Below, piece after piece: positions 53,801 to 64,000 of a stretch of DNA of 64,000 bases (position 1 is its first letter; the number at the start of each line of letters is the position of its first letter). The DNA is from Nymphaea colorata (lineage: Eukaryota). Location: contig NC_045138.2 in NCBI RefSeq assembly GCF_008831285.2, positions 29,388,001-29,452,000 of the forward strand. The letters run 5' to 3'. Below the pieces are notes generated by a model. It was given only the letters and a program-made list of their open reading frames with translations. It was not told the origin of the DNA and searched no databases. The position numbers and the translations under genes are program-made.

Positions 53801-56800
53801 AACTGACCATTATGCTGATGCATCTAGTTGGCCATGCATCGGCTATGTCGTCAGTCAGTCATTTACTTCAAGTGCATTTGATTGACATTTTGAACTAGAC
53901 GGTAGGGACGTTGCCACATCAAGATCCATATGTTGTTCTCATGTCTCACGAGACTGCTTCCCCTCTTGTTGTACAGGGTTCATCGTGTCTTTCCTACCCA
54001 TGTTTTTTCATAGTCAATACTTTTGTCTGATCCAAAAACTGACCATTATGCTGATGCATCTAGTTGGTCGTGCACTGGCTACGTCTTCAGTCAGCCATTT
54101 ATTTCTAGTGCATTTGATTGACTTTTTAAACTTGATGGTAGCGACGTTGCCTCATCAAGATCCATATGCAGTTCCCAGATCTCACGGGAATGCTTCTACT
54201 CTGGTTGTACGAGTTTCATCGCATCAATTGCACCCATAATGAGACAACCACACATCATTAAGAACTCATCTCTTGAGAGCTCCGTAAGTTACAATTGTTG
54301 CTCTCTCTTGCCAAGATTATGAGGCGAGATGCACAAGATTGTCAATAATAATACCAAACAAAGAATATGTTTGATCATCTCTATTCGTCAAGAATGTAAT
54401 CGCAGATTCAACATTCACTTACTTTACCACGACACTTAGCCAGCCCTCTATTTCAATATCACATAACGGATATTTTGAACTAGATGGTAGGGACGTTGCC
54501 TCATCAAGATCTATATGCAGTTCTCATGTCTCACGGCACTGCTTCCCCTTCTGTTGCACGGCGTTCATCGCATCTTTCCTACCCTTGTTTTCTCATAGTA
54601 AATACTTTTGTCTCACACACAACTTCCATAAACTGACCATTATGCCGATGCATCTAGTTGGCCATGCATCGGATATGTCTTCAGTCAGTATTTATTTCAA
54701 GTGCATTTAATTGACAATTTCAACTTCATGGTAGGCACGCTGCCACATCAAGATCCATACGCAGTTCCGATGTCTCACGGGACTGCTTCCCTTTTTGTTG
54801 CACGGGGTTCATCGCAACATTTCTACCCTAGTTTTTTCATAGTCAACACCTTTGTCCAGCACATAACATCCTAAAACTGACCATTATGCCGATGTATCTA
54901 GTTGGCCATATATCGGCTATGTCTTCAGTCAGCCATGTATTTCAAAAGTGCATTTGATTGACATTTGGAACTTAACCGTAAGGACGTTGCATAATCAAGA
55001 TACATACGCAGTTCCCATGTCTCACAGGACTGCTTCCCCTCTTGTTGTATGGGGTTCATCGTATCTTTCTTATCCTAGTTTTTGCATAGTTAATACTTTT
55101 TGTCTCACAAATAACCTCCTAAAACTGGCAATTATGGCGATGCATCTCGTTGGCCATGCATCGGCCATGTCTTCAGTCATCCATCTATTTCAAGTGTATT
55201 TCATGGACGTTTTGAACTTGATGGTAGGGACGTTGCCTCATCAAGATCGATATGCATTTCTCTTGTCTCACGAGATTGCTTCCCCTCTTGTTGCACGGGG
55301 TTCATCGTATCCTTCATATCCTAGTTTTTTCATCGACAATACTTTTGTCTCACACACAACCTCCATAAACTGACCAGTATGCCGATGCATCTGGTTGGCC
55401 ATGCATCGGCTATGTCGTCAGTCAGTCATTTATTTCAAGTGCATTTGATTGACATTTAGAACTAGACGGTAGGGACGTTGCCACATCAAGATGCATATGT
55501 TGTTCCCATGTCTCACGAGACTGCTTCCCCTCTTGTTGTACGGGGTTCATCGTGTCTTTCCTACCCATGTTTTTTCATAGTCAATACTTTTGTCTCATCC
55601 AAAAACTGACCATTATGCTGATGCATCTAGTTGGTCGTGCACCGGCTACGTATTCAGTCAGCCATTTATTTCTAGTGCATTTGATTGTCTTTTCAAACTT
55701 GATGGTAGGGACGTTGCCTCATCAAGATCTATATGCAGTTCTCATGTCTCACGGCACTGCTTCCCCTTCTGTTGCACGGCGTTCATCGCATCTTTCCTAC
55801 CCTGGTTTTCTCATAGTAAATACTTTTGTCTCACACACAACCTCCATAAACTGACCATTATGCCGATGCATCTAGTTGGCCATGCATCGGATATGGCTTC
55901 AGTCAGTATTTATTTCAAGTGCATTTAATTGACAATTTCAACTTCATGGTAGGCACGCTGCCACATCAAGATCCATACGCAGTTCCGATGTCTCACGGGA
56001 CTGCTTCCCTTTTTGTTGCACGGGGTTCATTGCAACATTTCTACCCTAGTTTTTTCATAGTCAACAACTTTGTCCAGCACATAACATCCTAAAACTGACC
56101 ATTATGCCGATGTATCTAGTTGGCCATATATCGGCTATGTCTTCAGTCAGCCATGTATTCAAAAGTGCATTTGATTGACATTTTGAACTTAACCATAAGG
56201 ACGTTGCCTCATCAAGATCCATACGCAGTTCTCATTCTCACAGGACTGCTTCCCCTCTTGTTGTACGGGGTTCATCGTATCTTTCTTACCCTAGTTTTTG
56301 CATAGTTAATACTTTTTGTCTCATACGTAACCTCATAAAACTGGCAATTATGCCGATGCATCTAGTTGGCCATGCATTGGTCATGTCTTCAGTCATCCAT
56401 TTATTTCAAGTGTATTTAATGGACGTTTTGAACTTGATGGTAGGGACGTTGCATCATCAAGATCCATATGCATTTCTCTTGTCTCACGAGATTGCTTTCC
56501 CTCTTGTTGCACGGGGTTCATCGTATCCTTCATATCCTAGTTTTTTCATAGTAAATACTTTTGTATCATACATGACCTCTTAAAACTGACCATTATGCCG
56601 ATGCATCTAGTTGGCCATGCATCGGCTATGTCATCAGTCAGTCATTTATTTCAAGTTCATTTGATTGACATTTTGAACTAGACGGTAGGGACGTTGCCAC
56701 ATCAAGATCCATATGTAGTTGTCATGTCTCACGGGACTGCTTCCATTGTTGTTGTACGAGTTTTATCGCATCTTTCCTACCCTAGTTTGTTTCACAGTAA

Positions 56801-59800
56801 ATACTTTTGTCTCACACATAACCTTTTAAAACTGATCATTATGCCGATGCATCTAGTTGGCCATGCATCCGTTATGTCTTCACTACGCCATTTATTTCAA
56901 GTGCATGTGATTGACATTTTTAACTTGATGGTAGGGATGTTGCCAAATCAATATCCATATGCAATTTGCATGTCTCAAGGGACTGCTTCCCCACTTGTTG
57001 TACGGGGTTCATCGTATATTTTCTACCCCAGTTTTTTCATTGTCAATACTTTTGTCTCACACATAACCTCCCAAAACTAACCATTATGCCCATGCATCTA
57101 GTTGGCCATGCATCGGCTATGTCTTGAGTCCGCCATTTAATTCGAGTGCAGGTCATTGACATTTTGAATTTGATGGTAGGAACGTTGCCTCATCAATATC
57201 CATATCCAGTTCCCATATCTCACGGGACTGCTTCCCCTCTTGTTGTACGAGATTCATCGCATCTTTCCTACCTTAGTTTTTTTATAGTCAATACTTTTGT
57301 CTCATACATAGCCTCTTAAAACTGATCAATATGTCGATGCATCTAGTTGGCTATGCATCGGCTATGTCCTCAGTCAGCCATTTATTTCAAAAGCATTTCA
57401 TTAACATTGTCAATTTCATGGTAAGGACGTTGCCTCATCAAGATCTATATGCAGTTCCCATGTCTCACGGGACTGCTTCCCCTCTTGCTGTACGAGGTTC
57501 ATCGTATCTTTCCTACCCAAATTTTTTCATAGTCAATACTTTTGTTTCACAAATAACCTCCTAAAACTAACCATCATGCCGATGCATTTAGTTGGCCATG
57601 CATCGGCCATGTCTTCAATCAGCCATGTTTTTCAAGTGCATTCGATTGACATTTTGAAATTGATGGTACGGACGTTGCCTCATCAAGATCCATATGGAGT
57701 TCCCATGTCTCAAGGGACTGCTTCCCCCTTTGTTGCACGGGGTTCATCGCAACCTTCCTACCCTAATTTTTTCATGGTCAGGGGGTTCATCGCAACCTTC
57801 CTACCCTAATTTTTTCATAGTCAACACTTTTGTCTTGCACATAACCTCCTAAAATAGACCATTATGCCGCTAGTTGGCCATGTATCGACTATGTCTTCAG
57901 TCAGCCATCTATTTCAAAAGTGCATTTGATTGACATTTTGAACTTGATGGTAGGAACGTTGCCTTATCAAGATCCACATGCAGTTCCAATGTCTCACGCC
58001 ACTGCTTCCCCACTTGTTGTACGGGGTTCATCGTATCTTTCCTACCCTAGTTTTTCCATAGTCAATACCTTTGTCTCACACATAACCTCCTAAAACTGAC
58101 CATTAAGCCGATGCATCTAGTTGGCCATGCATCGACCATGTCTTCAGTCATCCATTCATTTCAAGTGTATTTGATTGACATTTTGAACTTGATGGTAGGG
58201 ACGTTGCGTGATCAAGATACATAAGTAGTTCCCATGTCATACGAGACTGCTTCCCCTCTTGTTGTACGGGGTTCTTCGTTATCTTACCTATCCTTGTTTT
58301 TTCATAGTCAATACTTTTGTTTCACACATGACCTCCTAAAACTCACATTTATGTCGATGCATCTAGTTGGCCGAAGTCTTCAGTCAGCCATTTATTTTAA
58401 GTGCATTTGATTGACAATTTGAACTTGATGGTAGGGACGTTTCCTCATCAAGATTCAGATGCAGTTCATATGTCTCACAGGACGGCTTCCCCTTTTGTTG
58501 TACGGGGTTCATCGCATCTTTCCTACCCTAGTTTTTTTCACAGTGAATACTTTTGTCTCACACATAACCTCCTAAAAGTGACCATTATGTTGATGCATCT
58601 AGTTGGTCATCCATCGGCTATGTCTTGAGTCTGCCATTTATTTCATTCAATCTGTCATTTATTTCAAGTGCATGTGACTGACATTTTTAACATGATGGTA
58701 GGGACATTGACTCATTAATATCCATATGTAGTTCACATGTCTCACGAGACTACTTCCCCACTTGTTGTACGGGGTTCATCGTATCATTTGTGCCAATAAT
58801 AAGACGATCACACATCATTAACAACTCATCTCTTGAGTGCTTCTTAAGTTATAAGTGTCGCTCTTTCTGGCCAAGACGATGAGGCGAGATGCACAAGATT
58901 GTCAACAATAATCCCAAACAAAGTCTATGTTCGTTTATCTCTATTCATCAAGAATGCTCTCGTAGAGGCAACATTCCCTTACTTTACCACGACAATCAAC
59001 CACCCATTTATTTTAATTTCACATATCTGACGTTTTGAACTTGATGGTAGGGACGTTGCCTCATGAAGATCCATATGCAGTTCTCATGTCTCACGAGACT
59101 GGTTCCCCTTTTGTTGTACGGGGTTCATCGCATCTTTCCTACCCTAGTTTTTTCATAGTCAATACTTGTCTTATACATAACCTCCTAAAACTGACCATTA
59201 TGCCGATGCATCTAGTTGGCTATGCATTGGCTATGTCTTCAGTCTGCCATTTTTTTCAAGTGTATGTGATTGACATTTTTAATTTGATGGTAGGGACGTT
59301 GCCTCATCAATATTCATATGCAATTCGCATGTCTCATGGGACTGCATTCCCTCTTGTTGTACGGGATCCATCGTATCTTTCCTACCCTAGTTGTTTCATA
59401 GTCAATACTATTATCTCACACATAATCTCCTAAAACTGACCATTTTGCCGATGTATCCAGTTGGCCATGCATTGGTTGTGTCTTCAGTCTGCCATTTATT
59501 TTAATTGCATTTGATTGACATTTTTAACTTGATGGTGGAGATGTTGCTTCATCAACATCGTTTAGCAGTTCCCAGGTCTCACGCAATAGCTTTTCCTCTG
59601 GTTGTAGAGGTTTCATCGTATCTTTTGCGCCCATAATGAGACGTTCACACATCATTCACATCTCATCCCTTGAGTAATCCTTCAATTATAAGTGTCGCTC
59701 TCTCTTGCCAAGACGATGAGGAGAGATGTTAATCCCAAACAAAGTTTATGTTCATTCGTCTCTATTTGTCAAGATTGTGCTCCCACATGCAATATCTGCT

Positions 59801-60850
59801 ACTTTACCTCGACAACTAACCAGCCATTTATTTTAATTGCACATAACTGACACTTTGAACTTGATGGTAGGGACTTTGCCTCATCAGGATCCATATGCCA
59901 ATAGTATTGCATGTCCTCGCACTTATATAATATTGCATGTTTTTCATAGTCAATACTTTTGTCTCACGCATGACCTCCTAAAACTAACCATTATGCTGAT
60001 GCATCTAGTTGGCCACGCATTGGTTGTGTCATCAGTTAGTCATTTATTTCAATTGCATTTGATTGACATTTTTGACTTGATGGTGGGGACGTCGCTTCAT
60101 CAACATCCTTAGCAGTTCCCAGGTCTCATGGGACTGCTTCTCTTCTTGTTGTACGGGGTTCAGCGTATCTTTGCGTCATAATGAGACAACACATCTCATC
60201 TCTTGAGTGCTCCTTATGTTATATATGTCGCTCTCTCTTGGCAAGACGATGAGGCGAGATGCGAAAAAATTGTCAATAATAGCCCCAAACAAAGCATATG
60301 TTTGTTCATCACTATTCGCCAAGAATGTCCCCCATCTGGTCTCAAAATGCAGGAGGCGGCATGATGTTTCGACAATGAAAAATACGCCTTAAGTAGAAGA
60401 ACATTTAGTTAACTGTTTTTATTATGCCCTCGGACTTTTCTAGTATTGCGTGTTTTTCATTGTCATTACTTTTGTTTCACACATAACTTCCTAAAACTGA
60501 CCATTATGCTGATACATCTAGTTGGCCATGCATTGGCTGAGTCATTAGTCAACCATTTATTTGCATCTAATTGACATTTTTAACTTTATGATAGGGACGT
60601 TGCTTCATCAACATCCTTGAGCAGTTCACAGGTCTCATGGGACTGCTTCCCCTCTTGTTGTATGGGGTTCATCGTATCATTTGCACTCATAATGAGGCAA
60701 ATCACACACCATTCACATCTCATACCTTGAGTGCACCTTAATTTATAAGTGACGTTGTCTCTTGCCAAGACGATGAAGCAAGATGCACAAGATTGTCAAT
60801 AATAATCGCAAACAAAGTCTATGTTTATTCATCACTGTTCGTGAATATAT
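23800..60850. repeat. Tandem satellite array, ~245-bp monomer (roughly 140 core copies)
   Basis: Motif ctgaccattatgccgatgcatctagttggccatgcatcgg recurs every ~245 bp (e.g. ORF-track offsets 27231/27476 and 30378/30623), all in the same orientation. Confidence 0.98.
26460..56690. repeat. Higher-order repeat domain: ~19 units of ~1,565-1,567 bp, each five ~234-247-bp monomers plus one ~349-bp variant unit
   Basis: Core motif spacing in one unit (41955-43520) is about 245/247/246/245/234/349. The spacer motif caagaatgtgctcgcagattc recurs 19 times between ~26490 and ~54390. Confidence 0.95.
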
Positions 60851-60968
60851 TACTAAGGTTTGTATCATATATGTGTATGCATTGTTATGCACATCGTGTA
60901 ATATATCAATCTTATAATGAACGAAAATTATTATTTTATACACAGGAACATATGATTTATCCGAGAAA

Positions 60969-61076
60969 CAAAGTTGTCAAAACCAGGCTGAATGACTGAG
61001 TCAACCCAACAAGTCACAGACTCACAAATCAATTCACCACGAGTCGAATCCCGAGTCACTGGGTTTTAAAACCTTG
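60969..61076. mobile_element. Possible short hAT-like MITE
   Basis: Imperfect terminal inverted repeats CAAAGTTGTCAAAACC and GGTTTTAAAACCTTG; internal GAGTC/GACTC motifs; no TSD seen. Confidence 0.4.
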
Positions 61077-61259
61077 TGTTTGACATCATATTCCTTTCGA
61101 CTCCTCGAGCCTGTTACTGCTTTATCACGCATTTAATTTACATCTACCATGTGCAAACCACCTCTAACAGTATCTCCACATCTAGGATTGACTTGGGAGC
61201 CTTCCCTCTTTCCTCCTTGCTAATACGTCTGACCTACATCCTTAATATCGAGAGAAACT

Positions 61260-62100
61260 AGGTGTGAAAATTAACTATTCTCATCATGTTTTTACACTTT
61301 CCCAGCCTTGCGCAGTTTCCATTGTCATTTTTGGAGTCTCATGTCTAAGCTCCTGAATGGCTTTTGTACTGATGCTTGTAGTTGGCCATGTGAGAAACTC
61401 GGCATTGGAACCCTCCAACCTACTATTGTTGGTAATGAAGAGGTGCAACAATTTCTAGATTTCACCACAAAAGGTTAGAGTGATTATGCTATCTGGGGTT
61501 GTAGGTGTTGCATTAGGAATCATAGCCCGCCTACCAAACCCTTTTCTATGCTTGTACTGGTTTCTCACAATACTTTTAGAACTGCAATGCATAAGACACT
61601 GAGTTTCCACATGAGTATGTCCCATTCACTGTTTGAATGAGTGTCAATATTTGCTCCAACTAATCTCCAATTTTATCCATCCTTTTGCACCAATAACGGA
61701 ATGATAATACCTCACATATTCCTCATCTCTTGAGTGCTCCCAAAGACATCTATGGCACTCTCTCTTGCATAGATGATGAGGCAGGATGCGTAGAATTGTC
61801 ATTAAGTCTCAAAGAAAGCTGATGCTTCTTCATTGCTTTTCATCATGAATGTAACCCCAAATGCTGCATCTGCCATTTGTCTATGCTTACGAGTTAACTT
61901 ATCATAAAAATATTGCACCAACTGCTATTTTGGATTTTGATTGTGGGGACATTGCCACATAAGATCCTTGAGTAGTTCCCACATCTCAGGGGATTACGCC
62001 CCAGTCCCCCTCTTCTTGTACATAATTGGTTATAGTTTTTCCATATTGGTTCATTTTACCAATGGAAAAATTTTGTTTCAAAAACTGTTTATGCATCTAG
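61260..62100. repeat. Highly diverged, non-tandem homologue of the satellite modules
   Basis: ctcatctcttgagtgctcc..ctctctcttgcatagatgatgaggc (61722-61782), gatgcttgtagttggccatg (61371-61390) and gtggggacattgccacataagatcc (61943-61967) match array motifs. Confidence 0.75.
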
Positions 62101-62730
62101 TAATTCAAACATTACCCAAGGATTTCTTACTCGTGTGCTGCTTTAAACAAGAACATAAATATGAATGCTGATGATAGAGGGATATTCATAAAGGCAACAA
62201 ATGTTACAGCTGAGTAATATATCTGAAAATTAAAAAAGCCATTTATAGGATGTAAAAATATTGTCATATGGATGGCAGTACAGAATTTTACAACAATCAA
62301 CAGTACTTTCAAGCATGGAATAGAGATAACTGCTAGAGCAGTAACAAACAAGCCACAACTACACAAAACATTTGCAAATGAAAGGAGGCAGTCTAAGATG
62401 ATCATCAATCAGATGAATGACAACATGGTTCTCCAAACAAAGCACAGAAAAAACACAGGATAAATGTGAAGGACCTTCAGCAGCCTATTATAGAATATTA
62501 CTTCACTTTGGAAAAGAAAACCTCATGTAGCACGTGTACCTTTTCAAACCTCTCAGGAATGATAGATATATCCCCCTTTTCCAGTGCACTAAGGCCCCAT
62601 GACTACAAACCACTGCTTACCGACGAGTGGCTCTATGACCTATTATATACAGGTGCTCCATTTAATTTGACTAGACTGTTTTGCAAAAAACCAATTATGT
62701 TATGATATATATAGAGAGAAAATTCCTAAC

Positions 62731-62848
62731 CTCCCCACCACACTGTGATCTTGGTAGTCTTGATGTAGAAGATTCCTTCTTCACAGCAAGACCAGCCTCT
62801 TCGAGATCTGCCCACAATTTGTTGAAAGCTTCAAACAGATCAAGTCCA
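62731..62848 (-). other. Candidate exon of unidentified origin
   Basis: ttatttcAG| ... GAG|GTTAGG; one open frame, GLDLFEAFNKLWADLEEAGLAVKKESSTSRLPRSQCGGE. Confidence 0.35.
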
Positions 62849-63208
62849 CTGAAATAACAAAGTAGGAGACTCAGGCATCCGTAAGATCAATTCCATCCTT
62901 TTTAATGACATTAAGTATTGGGATGCCCAGTTTTCTTACAAGAACATAATCATTATGATCATGTACAGGGTTTATCTTTAGCAGTCCAGTTCCAAATTAT
63001 TTGTCAACATACTGCCTCAGAGGATTTCAGCAAATTAATTTTTCATGTATATTAACCAATTTAAAGGCAAACTATCCTGCAAAAGTAGGATGTAGATGCA
63101 CAGGTAACAAACAGCTATATGATATGCAATAAGAGCAATAAATGCATATATCTACCTCAGAATCGTCCAATCCTTACTAAAAGAACAAAAACTAATTTGA
63201 AGGGGTAC

Positions 63209-63298
63209 CATTGAATCCCTTGACTGCCGCTTGGATGACATCCTTCGTGTGACGCTCATAAACGCTCAAGTTCGTGCAAGTCTCGTCGAACACGTGAT
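63209..63298 (-). pseudogene. Isolated exon of a kinesin-7 (CENP-E/KIN7N-like) motor domain
   Basis: gtgcAG|(D)HVFDETCTNLSVYERHTKDVIQAAVKGFNG|GTac matches the kinesin FDxVF...xxxGFNGT region. The upstream exon end (VSFAL|GTAAAC near 63400) has in-frame stops before it, and the P-loop exon (AYGQTSSGKT) was not found. Confidence 0.85.
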
Positions 63299-63662
63299 CT
63301 GCACAGTCAGACCAAGAGCCCCGTTCAGCGTTTTTGCACTGTAAGAGGGAACCGCACAGAAGAGAAGAACCTGCAGGACGGGAGGGCAAAAGGAGTTTAC
63401 CCAAAGCGAAGGAGACGGACCGATCGATCGATCACTAAATAGTGAAATCGCGAATCGATGGATCGACGAGCGAGGGACGAGGTCGAACGAACTCTTCTCC
63501 ACTTCGCTACTCTGTCTCTCGACCTTTTAGATGCCCCCCCTTCCCTTCTAAGCAATGATCATAGCGATCGACCTGCATTGGTCTTGTGGGTCAAGATTTT
63601 TCTCAAGCCCTAATGAGAGAGCAGAAAAGCTGAAAGAGCGAGGGAGACGGAAGGAAACTTAC

Positions 63663-63785
63663 CAGCGGAAGGATAAGGGATAGGAGCTCCTGCTCGTAAT
63701 TTGGAAGGATGAACTGCGGCAACCCACCGACGAAATCTGCATCCTCCTCCATCGTCGCGCCATCGAGGATCCAGCCTCCTCCCAT
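63663..63785 (-). other. Candidate first exon of a minus-strand transcript, identity unknown
   Basis: GC-rich open frame MGGGWILDGATMEEDADF...LILPL ending at CTG|GTAAGT, preceded by a CT-rich 5'UTR-like stretch. Confidence 0.35.
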
Positions 63786-63917
63786 CGAGAGAGAAGGAGA
63801 GGGTGCTTTCCTTCCCGGGAACTCGGCGGGAAAAAGAAAGCCCTCCTAACAGAATAGCCGTTGAGAGGTGTTTCTTGAACTTCTTGATTTATTGTGACCC
63901 CTTTTCATTCTAACTCT

Positions 63918-64000
63918 GAAAAAATTACAAATAGGCGCCACAGCCGCTCAACTTTTCAAACATCACAATGATAACCCCAACTTTTGCACGAAGTCTCAAA
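63918..64000 (+). mobile_element. Possible start of a Mutator-like TIR running out of the window
   Basis: GAAAAAATTACAAATAGG..CAACTTTTCAAA..ACCCCAACTTTT resembles plant MULE termini; partner TIR not visible. Confidence 0.25.

Noticed and set aside
23800..60850. CRISPR-like array (regularly spaced 30-bp palindrome)
   Set aside because: The sequence between palindromes is itself repeated rather than unique spacers; there are no cas genes and the context is eukaryotic.
23465..60999. Dozens of 60-142-aa ORFs (MPMHLVGHAS..., MHLIDILNL...) as genes
   Set aside because: They are translations of satellite monomers with shifting frames, frequent stops, many non-ATG starts and no recognisable domain.
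62370..62392. FANERRQ resembling myosin YANERLQ
   Set aside because: On the opposite strand to the myosin fragment, with no flanking similarity.
63192..63404. Functional kinesin gene
   Set aside because: Only one 90-bp exon is recognisable, the upstream exon has stops, and no P-loop or switch exons were found downstream in the window.

Overview
Plant (angiosperm) nuclear DNA with no intact host gene. It has four parts. (1) 0.8-7.5 kb and 62.7-63.8 kb: decayed gene pieces from unrelated genes, namely an intron-retaining MAPR4 (cytochrome-b5 steroid-binding) pseudogene and single isolated exons of GFAT, myosin VIII and a kinesin-7. (2) 8,819-20,388: a complete PIF/Harbinger DNA transposon with 14-bp TIRs, TTA TSD, an intact Myb/SANT ORF1 and an intact DDE transposase. 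A splice donor overlapping the ORF1 stop codon could create an in-frame ORF1-transposase fusion. (3) 9,477-14,803: a very young Ty1/copia LTR retrotransposon nested antisense in that transposon, with 250-bp LTRs identical by eye, ATTAT TSD and a single gag-pol ORF. (4) About 20.5-62.1 kb: a ~40-kb satellite of ~245-bp hairpin-rich monomers. Its core is ~19 higher-order repeats of ~1,565-1,567 bp, including a ~9-kb block of apparently identical copies, with progressively older, related layers on both sides. All alignments and family assignments were made by eye from remembered motifs; no searches were run.
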